Below are positions 53,641-64,000 of a stretch of 64,000 bases of DNA, piece by piece. A program made the translations under genes and the position numbers. The DNA lies in contig OY762069.1 of NCBI GenBank assembly GCA_963665095.1, forward strand, positions 6,208,001-6,272,000, read 5' to 3'. The first letter of the stretch is position 1, and each line of letters opens with the position of its first letter. Source of the stretch: an uncultured Desulfobacter sp. (GTDB lineage Bacteria; Desulfobacterota; Desulfobacteria; Desulfobacterales; Desulfobacteraceae). The notes below the pieces were generated by a model, which had not been told where the DNA came from, did no database searches, and worked only from the letters and a program-made list of their open reading frames with translations.

Positions 53641-55824
53641 CTATAATTTTTTTACCTTTTTTCTAACCTTATGAAACCGCTTCTGCCGGGTTTTCAGCAG
53701 CTCCGGGCGTAGGGCTGAGCCCCTGCCGGACAGGCTCGGGTTGGTCATGAAAAAGTTATGGGCGTTGAAGGGCTCTTTCCCCGGGGGCATCCGGGTATAC
53801 GTTCCGTCGGGGTTCAATATCCAGCTTTGCTCATTATCTCGTAAATTGGCCACCATGATCTGATCAAGCACCTGCTGATGAACCGTTGGATTAAGGATCG
53901 GCACCAGGGTTTCAATGCGGCGGTCAAGATTTCTGGGCATCCAGTCCGCAGAGGAAATGTAAACCTTTGCCTGGGGCGAAGGTAGCTCATATCCATTGCC
54001 AAAGCAGGCAATTCTGGAATGTTCAAGGAATCGGCCCACAATAGATTTTACCCGGATATTTTCGCTGAAGCCGGGAATCCCTGGCCGCAGGCAGCATATG
54101 CCGCGAATAACCAGATCCACATGGACCCCTGCCTGGGACGCCGCGTACAGGGCATCAATTATTTCAGGGTCAACCAGCGAGTTCATTTTTGCCCAGATCT
54201 GGGCCGGTTTCCCCTGTTGTGCAAATTCGATTTCGCGCTGGATATCGTCAAGGATGCGCGTGCGCATGGTTAATGGTGCAATATCAAGGATATCCAGGTT
54301 CACAGGCCTGGCATATCCAGTCATGTAATTGAAAATCTGCATGACTTCAGAGCAGATTTTAGGATTATGCGTAAAAAAGGAGAGGTCCGTATAAATCTTT
54401 GCTGTGATGGGATGGTAGTTTCCCGTACCAAGATGGGCGTAGGACATAAACTGCCCCTCTTCCCTGCGGACCACTAGAGAGAGCTTTGCATGGGTCTTGA
54501 GATCAATGATTCCATACACTACCTGGGCTCCGGCCAGCTCCAGCTTTCGGGCCAGTTCAATATTGGCTTCCTCGTCAAACCGCGCCTTAAGTTCCACCAT
54601 GGCAGTGACATTCTTTCCGACCTCAGCTGCTTCCACAAGGGCTTGGACTATGGGCGAATCTTTGCTGGTGCGGTACAGCGTCTGTTTGATGGAGACCACA
54701 TCCTTATCCTGGCTGGCCTGGCGGATAAACTGAACCACCACGTCAAAGCTTTCATAGGGGTGGTGGACAATGATGTCTTTTTTGGAAATAGCCTCAAAGC
54801 AATCTCCGCCAAAGTCCCGGATCCGTTCCGGGAATCTGGCATGGTATTTCGTAAACAGCAGATCGGGCCGATCGTCACAGATCACTTCACTGATGGCGGA
54901 CAATTCCACATGATCAGTTTTAAATACATCCTCCGGTACCATCTCAAACTGCTCTGTAATAAAAGCTGTCAGGTTGTCCGGCATGAACGTGTCCACCCGC
55001 AGTCGGATAACATTGCCGCGCCGCCTCCGGTTTAATGCAGACTGAAAGGTGCGCACCAGGTCTTCAGCCGCCTCATCTATTTCCAGCTCTGAATCCCGGA
55101 TCAGCTGGAATACGCCTGATTCTGCCAGTGTATAACCGGGGAACAGGTGGTCATAAAACATGCGTACCACTGACACCAGACGGATAAAGCGGATGTTCTC
55201 ACCGGGAAGCCGTATGTAACGCTTGAGCTGCTGGGGCAGGATAATCAGGGCGATCATGGCTTCTTTGTTGGAATCATCCGTGAGATCCAGAATCATGCCA
55301 TGTCCCAGGTTGGGGATAAAGGGAAAGGGGTGAGCCGGGTCCACTGCAAGGGGACTGAGCACGGGAAAAATTTTAGTTTGAAACTCCCTGAGCAGGCGCT
55401 CTTTGTCTTCTGCTGTGAGTTGCTCGGGTTTAGTAATGAAGATATTGGCAGCTTCCAGATCCCGGGTTAAATTTTGAATACAGTCCCGGGTCATCTGGTT
55501 CAGCTCTATAACTGTTTTTTCTATGGCGGCAAGCTGCTCTGCCGGGGTCATATTGTCCGGGCTTGCTGATGCCGCACCCCGGTGTATCTGGGCTTTAACG
55601 CCTGCCACCCGAACCATGAAAAATTCATCCAGGTTGGAAGCGGAAATGGAAAGAAAGCGAACCCGTTCCAACAGCGGATGGTTGGTATTCAGGGCCTCTT
55701 CAAGCACCCTGCGGTTAAACTGGAGCCAGGAGAGCTCCCTGTTGATAAAGCGTTTGGGCGGGTTCTGCTCAATAATTAGTTTCAGGTCATTTTCCACGGG
55801 GACCTGTTCTTCAGTCTCTTTCAC
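53641..55824 (-). CDS. ppk1: Polyphosphate kinase 1
   Basis: [56 protein letters not shown] start at 55824 after AGAGGA. Confidence 0.96.
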   Translation of the reverse strand: MKETEEQVPVENDLKLIIEQNPPKRFINRELSWLQFNRRVLEEALNTNHPLLERVRFLSISASNLDEFFMVRVAGVKAQIHRGAASASPDNMTPAEQLAAIEKTVIELNQMTRDCIQNLTRDLEAANIFITKPEQLTAEDKERLLREFQTKIFPVLSPLAVDPAHPFPFIPNLGHGMILDLTDDSNKEAMIALIILPQQLKRYIRLPGENIRFIRLVSVVRMFYDHLFPGYTLAESGVFQLIRDSELEIDEAAEDLVRTFQSALNRRRRGNVIRLRVDTFMPDNLTAFITEQFEMVPEDVFKTDHVELSAISEVICDDRPDLLFTKYHARFPERIRDFGGDCFEAISKKDIIVHHPYESFDVVVQFIRQASQDKDVVSIKQTLYRTSKDSPIVQALVEAAEVGKNVTAMVELKARFDEEANIELARKLELAGAQVVYGIIDLKTHAKLSLVVRREEGQFMSYAHLGTGNYHPITAKIYTDLSFFTHNPKICSEVMQIFNYMTGYARPVNLDILDIAPLTMRTRILDDIQREIEFAQQGKPAQIWAKMNSLVDPEIIDALYAASQAGVHVDLVIRGICCLRPGIPGFSENIRVKSIVGRFLEHSRIACFGNGYELPSPQAKVYISSADWMPRNLDRRIETLVPILNPTVHQQVLDQIMVANLRDNEQSWILNPDGTYTRMPPGKEPFNAHNFFMTNPSLSGRGSALRPELLKTRQKRFHKVRKKVKKL

Positions 55825-56107
55825 GGGATTTCCTCTAATACGCGATTTTATCCTTTGTAATGGTTTCGGTAAAACCACTATATTCAGGTAACGAATCATA
55901 ATACCATTTAATTGCTAAAATTCTGTTAGGAAGTTTTAAAAAAATGCGTTGCCATGTCGGTTGCCACGGGTTAAAAAAAGTTGGAAAAATTCGTCAATAA
56001 TAGCGGTGGAAAATTGTTGCAAAGGGCTGTTCAGCAATGCTAGATTATCTGTTTCATGGCCGTTAACTTAAAAGCCGTCAAAGCAGGCGAATGCAGAAGG
56101 AGGACAG

Positions 56108-56974
56108 ATGACAGATAAAAATATCGGGTTTATAGGGCTTGGCGTTATGGGGCAAGCCATGGCCGGCCATATTCTTAAGGCCGGATATCCTGTTAAAATA
56201 TACAACCGGACAAAGGAAAAGGCAATTGCACTGGTTAAAAAAGGAGCGGTGTGGACTGACTCCGTGGCCAAGCTTTCAGCTGCATCCGATGTGGTCATTA
56301 CCATGGTGGGATACCCGGCAGATGTGGAAGAGGTGTTCCTGGGAGGGGCAGGTATACTGGAAAATGCCGCACCAGGCACCCTGGTCATCGACATGACCAC
56401 CTCAGATCCGATGCTGGCCCGGCAATTGTGGCAGACCGGCCGGGAAAACAATATCAGTGTTCTGGACGCCCCGGTTTCCGGCGGAGATATTGGTGCGCGA
56501 AACGCTACGCTGTCCATCATGGTTGGCGGAGAACCGGAAGATGTCAGCCGGGCAATGCCCCTGTTTGAAACCATGGGGAAAAACATTGTGCACCAGGGCA
56601 AAGCCGGTTGCGGCCAGCATACCAAAATGGCCAACCAGATCGCCATTGCATCCACAATGATTTCCGTGTGTGAATCCCTGTCTTATGCCGGACATGCCGG
56701 ACTGGACCCGGAAACGGTCCTTAAAAGCATTGGCCAGGGTGCGGCTGCCTCCTGGAGTCTGAATAATCTTGGTCCGAGGATGATCCAGGGGGATGAGGCT
56801 CCAGGGTTTTTCATCCGCCATTTTATCAAGGATATGGGCATTGCACTGGCTTCGGCAAAGTCCATGGGTATTAAAACCCCGGGGTTGGAAATGGCGTATT
56901 CCCTCTATAAAAAACTTGAGGATCAGGGAGATGGGCTTAAAGGGACCCAGGCCCTTTTCAAACTGTTTAAATAG
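56108..56974 (+). CDS. NAD(P)-dependent beta-hydroxyacid dehydrogenase (3-hydroxyisobutyrate/tartronate semialdehyde family)
   Basis: GFIGLGVMG, DAPVSGG, TKMANQ, HFIKDM; RBS GGAGG. Confidence 0.92.
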   Translation: MTDKNIGFIGLGVMGQAMAGHILKAGYPVKIYNRTKEKAIALVKKGAVWTDSVAKLSAASDVVITMVGYPADVEEVFLGGAGILENAAPGTLVIDMTTSDPMLARQLWQTGRENNISVLDAPVSGGDIGARNATLSIMVGGEPEDVSRAMPLFETMGKNIVHQGKAGCGQHTKMANQIAIASTMISVCESLSYAGHAGLDPETVLKSIGQGAAASWSLNNLGPRMIQGDEAPGFFIRHFIKDMGIALASAKSMGIKTPGLEMAYSLYKKLEDQGDGLKGTQALFKLFK

Positions 56975-56980
56975 TGTTTT

Positions 56981-57027
56981 ACACACAACCGGCCTGCTGG
57001 AATAGTCTCCTGCAGGCCGATTGTGTT
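56981..57027. terminator. Hairpin between convergent genes
   Basis: CGGCCTGC...GCAGGCCG with flanking ACAA/TTGT. Confidence 0.55.
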
Positions 57028-57045
57028 TGCCTTATATCGTAATGT

Positions 57046-58278
57046 TTATTCTTCTTTAGGTCTGGGCAGTACAACGTTCAAAAGCACACCGAGAATGCCG
57101 GCAAGACCAATGCCTGACAGCTCAAAATTGCCGAATTTGATGGCCAGGCCGCCAATGCCGGAAACCAATATCAGGGAGATGATGCTTAAATTGCGCGGTG
57201 CCACAAGATCTTCGTCTGCCTGAACAAGCGTATTTAGCCCCACCACGGCAATGGCCCCGAAAAGCAGCAGCATGATGCCGCCCATGACAGGCGATGGGAT
57301 GGTCTGCAGCAGCGCCCCCAGTTTCCCCACAAAGGCCAGCAGAATGGCGGTAATGGCAGCCCAGGTCATGATGGCCGGATTAAAGGCCCGGGTGAGGGTG
57401 ACAGCTCCGGTTACTTCGGAATAGGTGGTGTTTGGCGGACCACCCAGACATGCTGCCAGGGATGTGGCAACACCGTCACCCAGCATGGTGTTCTGGATAC
57501 CCGGCTCTTTGAGGTAATCTTTCCCGGTAACCCGGCCAATGGCCACGATGTCCCCGAAATGCTCAATGGCAGGCGCAATGGCCACAGGAAGAATATAAAA
57601 AATCGCCTGAAGATTCCATTGGGGCATGACAAAGGCGGGGAGCGCCAGCCATGGTGCCTGCACTACAGCATCAAAACTGACCATGCCCATGATCAGAGCC
57701 ACAATGTACCCTACAGCAATTCCCACCAGGATGGGGATCAGTTTTAAAATACCTTTGGCAAACAAAGAGACCAGAACAGTGGTGGCCAGAGCAATAAACG
57801 CCACGGTCATGGCGGCGGCCTTGGAATAATGATCTGACCCGCTGGTGGCCATGCCCACGGCCACTGGGGCAAGCTTCAGGCCGATGACCATGATCACGGG
57901 GCCTGTGACCACAGGCGGCAATACCCGTTGGATAATCTCACTGCCCTGCAGTCTGACAAGGGTGCTTAAAATAATATACACCAGGCCGGCTGCGGCCAGG
58001 CCGCACATGGTGCCCGGGATGCCCCAGGTCTGAATCCCGTACTGGATGGGGGCGATAAAGGCAAAGGAAGATGCCAGGAATATCGGCACCTTACCCCGGG
58101 TGATCAGCTGAAAAACAAGGGTACCAAGTCCTGCCGTGAAAAGCGCCACATTGGGGTTGAGCCCTGTTAAAAGCGGCACCAGCACCAATGCACCAAATGC
58201 CACAAACAGCATCTGTGCCCCAAGAAAACAGTCTTTAATCTGGAAGTTATACTCAGTGGATGAAACATTGTCGGGCAT
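57046..58278 (-). CDS. uraA: Uracil permease (NCS2 family)
   Basis: QMLFVAFGA, SSFAFI, EHFGD, GGPPNTTYSE; downstream of upp; start MPDNV after AAGGA. Confidence 0.92.
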   Translation of the reverse strand: MPDNVSSTEYNFQIKDCFLGAQMLFVAFGALVLVPLLTGLNPNVALFTAGLGTLVFQLITRGKVPIFLASSFAFIAPIQYGIQTWGIPGTMCGLAAAGLVYIILSTLVRLQGSEIIQRVLPPVVTGPVIMVIGLKLAPVAVGMATSGSDHYSKAAAMTVAFIALATTVLVSLFAKGILKLIPILVGIAVGYIVALIMGMVSFDAVVQAPWLALPAFVMPQWNLQAIFYILPVAIAPAIEHFGDIVAIGRVTGKDYLKEPGIQNTMLGDGVATSLAACLGGPPNTTYSEVTGAVTLTRAFNPAIMTWAAITAILLAFVGKLGALLQTIPSPVMGGIMLLLFGAIAVVGLNTLVQADEDLVAPRNLSIISLILVSGIGGLAIKFGNFELSGIGLAGILGVLLNVVLPRPKEE

Positions 58279-58347
58279 TTTTTTTGTCCTTTCATTTGTG
58301 AAATTTACTGTCATTCATGCTGAATATTTTTGGTTGAGCCTTGCACG

Positions 58348-58473
58348 ATGCTTGGACGGGAAATTGCCCAGGTGCAAGGCGCAAAAAAAGTTAAAACCGG
58401 AGCATACTGTGGTATGTGAGGATTTTAATTTTTTACAGCAACACCGCAGATGGGTGATTTCCCGTTCAAACAT
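58348..58473 (+). repeat. Palindromic REP/MITE-like element between upp and uraA
   Basis: 23-bp imperfect terminal inverted repeat, CAAGGCGCA...GCAACACCG core, inner CATAC-tgtg-GTATG hairpin. Confidence 0.7.
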
Positions 58474-59099
58474 TATTTTGTGCCGAAAATTTTATCTCCG
58501 GCATCCCCAAGCCCGGGAAGGATGTACCCAACATCATTGAGCCGTTCATCCACGCTGGCTGTATAAATGTCCACATCCGGATGCTTTGCTTCCAGCGCGG
58601 CAATGCCTTCAGGTGCTGCCACAAGAAACAGCCCTTTGATGGTTTTGCATCCGGCCTCTTTAAGCAGGTCAATGGTGGCGATCAGGGTGCCGCCCGTGGC
58701 CAGCATGGGGTCCAGGATAAGCGCTGTCCGCTCTTCCATGGCAGAGGCGGTTTTAAAATAATACTGAACCGGTTTCAGGGTCTCTTCATTCCTGTAAAAA
58801 CCCACCACAGAAACCTTGGCAGACGGAATCAGATCAAGCACGCCGTCCATCATACCTAAGCCTGCTCTCAAAATAGGCACAATGGTGATTTTTTTCCCTT
58901 TAATTTTCTGGACCTCAACTTCTCCGGCCCAGCCTTCTATGGTTTCTTTTTCGGTTTCAAGGTCGTGGGTAGCCTCATAGGTAAGCAGGCGTGCCACTTC
59001 CGAAGACAGGTCCCTGAAATCCTTGGTACTGATGTCCTTTTGTCTCATCAGTCCGAGCTTATGCTTGATAAGCGGATGGTCCTCTACATATACGGCCAT
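58473..59099 (-). CDS. upp: Uracil phosphoribosyltransferase
   Basis: [34 protein letters not shown]. Confidence 0.97.
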   Translation of the reverse strand: MAVYVEDHPLIKHKLGLMRQKDISTKDFRDLSSEVARLLTYEATHDLETEKETIEGWAGEVEVQKIKGKKITIVPILRAGLGMMDGVLDLIPSAKVSVVGFYRNEETLKPVQYYFKTASAMEERTALILDPMLATGGTLIATIDLLKEAGCKTIKGLFLVAAPEGIAALEAKHPDVDIYTASVDERLNDVGYILPGLGDAGDKIFGTK

Positions 59100-59226
59100 A
59101 TCGTCTCCTTTTGTTCGGGTAAATTGATATCGATAGGTAAATCCTGCAAAGATTAGTAAACGTCTCTTTTTTAGTCAAGAATATTTATAGGGCAGTTGGG
59201 GCATCTTATTTGCCATCCTTTATGAG

Positions 59227-61683
59227 TTGAAATTCATCATTTTATCCTGCAGAATGGCCAGCATGATTTCCACAGATTACATTGAGGTGGGCGTTACCCT
59301 GCCGCTTAACCAGACCTTTGTCTACCAGATACCTGATGAGTTCAAGGCAGCTGCCTGTCCGGGCATGCGGGTGCTGGTTCCCTTTGGCCGGCGCAGGGTT
59401 ACCGGGTATATCCTTGAAGAAAAAAAAGATTGCGGACCCTATAAAGCCAGGCCGGTAGCCGACTTGCTGGATGACCATCCCCTGTTTCCGGAAACCGACG
59501 TTGCTTTTTTTAAATGGGTGGCAGGTTATTATATTCACCCTTTGGGGGAGACCATCAAAACTGCGCTTCCCACAGGGCTGGAATGCATGGATGTCGCCTG
59601 TGTGTTTGTCACGTCAAAGGGCAGAAACGCCCTTGATGGGGATGGCCTGACCAGTGAAGAAGCCCGGGTGGTCAATCAGCTGCTTGAAAAGGACGGCCGG
59701 CCCCTTAAATTTTTTACCAGGAAAGATCCTGACAATGCTGCACTTGTGCGCAAACTTGAGAAAACAGATATGGTCCAGGTATCAGCTGTGCTGCAGAAAG
59801 AAAGTGCCGGGACCAAAACCGAAAAGTTTATCCGCATTGCCGGGGAAACTCCCGCAAAGCAGGTCCGTATGTCTGCCAAGCGCCTCAAAATTCTTTCCAT
59901 TGTCCGGGAAGTCAAAGAGATATCTTTAACCGATCTCAAGCGCCAGGTGCCAACCGCCCCAAGGCTGATACAGCCCTTGGCCGAAGCCGGCTGGCTGGAT
60001 GTGGAGAGCCGCCGGGTGTTTCGTGATCCCTTAGGTGATCCTGTGACCCCGGACTCCCCGCCGGAATTGACCGAAGAGCAGGCCCGGGTGGTAAAAAATA
60101 TCCAGGACCGGGGCCGGGTTTTTTCCCCCTGTCTGCTGGTGGGGGTAACAGGGTCCGGAAAAACAGAAGTGTATATGCGCCTGGTGGCAGATGCCGTGGA
60201 AAAAGGGCTGGGTGCCATTGTGCTGGTGCCTGAAATTGCCTTGATCTCCCAGACAGAGCGCCGGTTCAGGGCCAGGTTTGGCGAAAAAATTGCGGTCATC
60301 CACTCCATGCTTACCCAGGCGGAACGCCTGGACCAGTGGCGTAAGATTGCTCTGGGCAAGGTGAATATTGTTATTGGTGCGCGTTCTGCCATATTTGCCC
60401 CGGTGCGGAATATCGGCATCATCATCGTGGATGAGGAGCATGATTCTTCTTACAAACAGGAGTCTGGTCTGCGTTATAACGCCCGGGATCTGGCGGTGGT
60501 CAGGGCCCGGATGCACGCCTGTCCGGTGGTGCTGGGCTCTGCTACGCCATCGTTGCAGTCCTGCCAGAATGCCGTGTCAAACCGGTTTTTTAAACTGGAA
60601 CTGACCAGACGGGTGAACAACCAGACCCTGCCGGAGATTACCCTGGTGGATATGAAAAAGTATAAGGATTCCCGTAATACAGACCGGATTATCACACCGG
60701 AGCTGGGCCGGGCGATCCGGCGCTGTCTTGAAAAGGGCAACCAGACCCTTATTTTTTTAAACCGCCGAGGGTTTTCCACCTTTCCGCTGTGCGCCTCCTG
60801 CGGCAAAACCCTGGGCTGCCCCCATTGTGATGTCACCATGACCTTTCACCAGGCAGGCGAGCATTACAGGTGTCATCTGTGCGGCCACACCCTGCCGGCC
60901 GGCATCAAATGTCCGGATTGCGGGACCGGGAAAATCCGCAATTTCGGATTTGGTACGGAAAAGATTGAGGCCATGTTGAAACAGATGTTTCCTGACGCCC
61001 GGGTGGCCCGGATGGACCAGGATTCCACGACAAAAAAGGGCAGCACCCTGGCGCTGCTGCGTCAGATCCGCAACCGGACCGTGGATATTATTGTGGGCAC
61101 CCAGATGCTGGCCAAGGGCCATGATTTCCCCGGCATTACCCTGGTGGGGGTGATCTGTGCGGATTTAAGCTTGAGCCTGCCGGATTTCAGAGCCAGTGAG
61201 CGGACCTTCCAGCTTCTGGCCCAGGTGGCGGGCCGGGCCGGCCGCGGCAAGGAGCCGGGCCGGGTGATCATGCAGACCTTTAATCCGGACCATTTTACCA
61301 TAGAGGCCTCCCGGAACCAGGATTACCTGGAGTTTTTTGACCAGGAGATTGCCTTTAGAAAGGCATTGATGTACCCGCCGTTTTCACGGATGATCCAGCT
61401 TAAAATTTCCGGTAAAGATCCCGATAAAACCCGGGCCCATGCTATGCTGGCCGCAAAGATACTTGAACAGTTTAACACCCGGGAACCAAGAGCCCAGATC
61501 ATGGGGCCCATAGAGGCAGCGATCCAGAAGATCTCCTCACGGTACCGGTGGCAGATCCTTGTCAAAGGAGAATCTGCCGCAAACATCAGTCAAATGGTCT
61601 CAGCCATGGTTCAGACCCCTGAGATCCAGAAGGTGAAGGTGGTCTCCATTGCCATTGATGTGGATCCCTATTCTTTGATGTAA
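59227..61683 (+). CDS. priA: Primosomal protein N' (replication restart helicase); start uncertain
   Basis: VPFG, GVTGSGKT, DEEH, SATPS, Cys-rich region, GTQMLAKGHDFP, DVDP. Confidence 0.97.
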   Translation: MKFIILSCRMASMISTDYIEVGVTLPLNQTFVYQIPDEFKAAACPGMRVLVPFGRRRVTGYILEEKKDCGPYKARPVADLLDDHPLFPETDVAFFKWVAGYYIHPLGETIKTALPTGLECMDVACVFVTSKGRNALDGDGLTSEEARVVNQLLEKDGRPLKFFTRKDPDNAALVRKLEKTDMVQVSAVLQKESAGTKTEKFIRIAGETPAKQVRMSAKRLKILSIVREVKEISLTDLKRQVPTAPRLIQPLAEAGWLDVESRRVFRDPLGDPVTPDSPPELTEEQARVVKNIQDRGRVFSPCLLVGVTGSGKTEVYMRLVADAVEKGLGAIVLVPEIALISQTERRFRARFGEKIAVIHSMLTQAERLDQWRKIALGKVNIVIGARSAIFAPVRNIGIIIVDEEHDSSYKQESGLRYNARDLAVVRARMHACPVVLGSATPSLQSCQNAVSNRFFKLELTRRVNNQTLPEITLVDMKKYKDSRNTDRIITPELGRAIRRCLEKGNQTLIFLNRRGFSTFPLCASCGKTLGCPHCDVTMTFHQAGEHYRCHLCGHTLPAGIKCPDCGTGKIRNFGFGTEKIEAMLKQMFPDARVARMDQDSTTKKGSTLALLRQIRNRTVDIIVGTQMLAKGHDFPGITLVGVICADLSLSLPDFRASERTFQLLAQVAGRAGRGKEPGRVIMQTFNPDHFTIEASRNQDYLEFFDQEIAFRKALMYPPFSRMIQLKISGKDPDKTRAHAMLAAKILEQFNTREPRAQIMGPIEAAIQKISSRYRWQILVKGESAANISQMVSAMVQTPEIQKVKVVSIAIDVDPYSLM

Positions 61684-61707
61684 CCGGTCTTTTATGGGAA
61701 AAAGCTT

Positions 61708-62052
61708 TTATTTGCAGGCATCAAGGCGGCACATCCGTTTGATGTCTCCCTTGTGGATTTTATCACACAGGCTGCATTTTTTGTTTTTCAGGGCCAGCTG
61801 ATAGTAGCACCAGCCATGTACCCCGTCGGCTTTGGGCCAGTATTTAAGAATGTTCTCACAAAGTTCCGGCTGATTGCGGTCTTCAACAGTCTCTTGATAA
61901 CACCAGGGACCCGGGCGCTCGGTCTGGGCCTGGCACATATCATAGATGGGGTCCTGGCCGGCAGCCTGATCGGTCCATAACGGCCCGGCCCAGGGAAGAA
62001 CCATTAGAGCGATCAGCCAAAGACAAATGTGTGTGAATTTCCTGTCGGGCAG
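61708..62052 (-). pseudogene. Cys-rich exported small protein, apparently lacking its original start
   Basis: The frame continues upstream of ATG 62004 as a signal-peptide-like RKFTHICLWLIALMVLPW with no Met; paired WCY..C repeats. Confidence 0.45.
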
Positions 62053-62591
62053 AAAAAATCAGCTGCCAGAAATGCAATACCTCCCACTAAAAGGAAAACC
62101 GACCGCCAAGTCATACCTGCTTCCAGGACCCCGTATTGAGGATCCTGGGGATCGTAGTATACGGTCACTTTATTACCCACAGGGTATTTGCTTATAACTT
62201 TTTGGGCCCATTTCATTTTACCGCCTGAATCTCCCGTGCCAAAGGCGATACGTGAACTGGTAAAATTGTGTCCGTCCACCTGATAGTGAAAAGCGATTTT
62301 GGGATAATACGTTGTCCTGGAGCGGCGGCGGTTCGTATCCCGGGTGACTCGTTTGGCTATATCCGACGAGCTGATTGTGCCCGGGACATTCGGCCACCCG
62401 GCGCTCTTTCTGGAACCCTTGATTTTATAGCCGCCCCAGGCAGCTAAAACAGCGCCTGCCACAAACAGGCCCAGTATCAGAAAAATCATGCCTGTATCGG
62501 CCCTGCCGCTGGTTCCAAGAAATTTGGCCGATTTTACTGGTATATCAAAGACGTCCCTATCCTTTTTGAATAAATACTTTGTTGGCTTCAT
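62013..62591 (-). CDS. DUF3592 domain membrane protein (C-terminus possibly altered)
   Basis: TM, SAGWPNVPGTI, YQVDG, YPVG..VTVYYDPQDP, TM. Confidence 0.78.
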   Translation of the reverse strand: MKPTKYLFKKDRDVFDIPVKSAKFLGTSGRADTGMIFLILGLFVAGAVLAAWGGYKIKGSRKSAGWPNVPGTISSSDIAKRVTRDTNRRRSRTTYYPKIAFHYQVDGHNFTSSRIAFGTGDSGGKMKWAQKVISKYPVGNKVTVYYDPQDPQYGVLEAGMTWRSVFLLVGGIAFLAADFFCPTGNSHTFVFG

Positions 62592-63525
62592 TTTTCACCT
62601 TTTAATTCAATGATTTTTTCCACAGTCTGGCCTGACAGAATATCAATGTCCCGGATTTCCTGAACCTGATTGGGGGTCACCGAAGGATCAACTCTTCAAC
62701 ATCGTCGCAGTCTCCCTTGCGGCGATGCCCGTACGCCACCAGGCCAACGGTGGCATTGTCCGGCAGCTCTTTTATCAGGCTGGTGAGGACGTCCCTGGCA
62801 ATGGTAATCTTTGCGAAGCCCTCCACCTGGCCCCACATGGAGCCCGAGGCGTCCAGGATAAAAATGATATTGCCGGAGGCGGCCGGTGATGTTTTGCTTT
62901 TCTTGGTTTGCCCGGCAGATCCGCTGGCCCTTTTTGAGGGGCCTGCCCGGGTGTATCCCGCCGGAATGCTGAAAAGCGAGTCATCCTGGGGACTTTTTTT
63001 GATGTTTCTCAAAGCCATGGTTGCGTTGCCGTTGGTGGCATAGGCGATGGTCCTGACAGCAAAGTCCAGGGTGCCGGATGTCCAGATCCGGTATGCCACC
63101 GCCTCTTTGCCTGCCTCACGGTACTCGACAACATCGCAGGGATAGCCTTCCACCGTTTCCGTGCCCGCAGGTGTACCGGTCATGTTCCTGCGCATGAATT
63201 CCCATCCGGCCACAGGATTCATGATCATGGTTTTGACAGGCTCGCTTGCTTCCACATACTGATGTTCCCGGGGCATGAGTCCCTGGGTAACACCGGTTTC
63301 TTTGTTGTAGATGACAGGAAGGGACGGCACATTTGGGGGGCCTGCTGTCTTTTCAAGCCGCATTAAATTGTCTTTTACCTTCAGATCATAAACAAAATTT
63401 CTCCCGGGGGAGGTAATAACCAGTTCAGCACTGAATTGCACTGCATGGGAGAAGGAAAAAGGGGATATCAGAAAAGAAACAAATAAAACGACATTCCAGA
63501 CAACTGTCAATCGATGCATTACCAT
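62588..63525 (-). pseudogene. DUF4412-like + VWA protein, internally deleted
   Basis: Signal peptide, GTETVEGYPC, FSIPAGY, DASGSM MIDAS; VWA stops after about 60 aa; out-of-frame C-terminal remnant at 62689-62588. Confidence 0.75.
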
Positions 63526-63808
63526 GGACGGCCTCCTTGCCTTTTGAATATTGCAGTTGTATCGATGCGAGATAACTTTTTGAGTTTTATATGTTTTATG
63601 ACAGGCTTTCGGCTTTTGTTAACCAAAGATTGTAATGCATGGAATACTCATGAATGCCCCGGACCGCCTGCAGGAATCTGATGATTCCATGCGCCGGGTG
63701 CGGGCATGAAACCCAATATGTTTGACAGCCCTTGGGGGTTAAGGTATTTTTTGGACGAAACTGACCATAACCTGCATCAGATCATTATAAGAAGAGGAGA
63801 AAACGCAC

Positions 63809-64000
63809 ATGAATAGCAGTTGCACTATCCGGAATCTGGCCGATATTGAAAGTCTTGAAACTGTTCCTTTATCTGAACGCGTCCCTGAGAAAAGCACGTA
63901 TGAACTGATCAAAAAAGGGGCGGATATAAACCCGGATGCCCTTGCCATGAGCTTTCTTCTTTCCGGGGATGCCTATGCGCAGCCCCAGCAGATCACTTAC
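63809..64000 (+). CDS. Acyl-CoA synthetase (AMP-binding), 5' part, runs off the window
   Basis: RBS GAGGAG; own translation MNSSCTIRNLADIESLETVPL...STYELI...PDALAMSFL...ITY matches an acyl-CoA synthetase N-terminus. Confidence 0.7.
   Translation, partial: MNSSCTIRNLADIESLETVPLSERVPEKSTYELIKKGADINPDALAMSFLLSGDAYAQPQQITY

Noticed and set aside
55948..55968. Sigma54 promoter or Pho box upstream of ppk1 (GTTGCCA direct repeat)
   Set aside because: GG-N10-GC spacing is not met and the 12-bp period does not fit a Pho box.

Overview
A 64-kb core-genome segment of a Desulfobacteraceae-type sulfate reducer; the 16S 5' region reads like Desulfobacter/Desulfospira, judged by eye. It holds about 50 CDS, tRNA-Met and one rRNA operon (16S-23S-5S) with no tRNA in the spacer. 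Recognisable loci are a Dpp-type peptide ABC transporter with NlpC/P60, Ala-Glu epimerase and M19 dipeptidase, XRE-cupin-leuCD, polA-nadK, purN, recN, gltA, ltaE, rnfCDGEAB, ppk1, upp-uraA, priA, and a decaying operon at the right end. No IS, prophage, CRISPR or defence island was seen. The most unusual signals are: (1) a 158-bp tandem array of remodelled 5S rRNA 3' fragments, each with a terminator; (2) a shared ~127-nt palindromic element found both inside the pre-23S processing stem and between upp and uraA; (3) a 76-aa protein with C4C4 (Not4-like) RING spacing next to an enlarged PurN; (4) an orphan PTS EIIC-EAL phosphodiesterase with a structured leader, between a DHH/PNP gene set and a murein-peptide salvage operon; (5) a HAMP-GAF sensor with no output domain; (6) a small protein resembling the MucR N-terminus. 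All product calls rest on motif recognition, not database searches.
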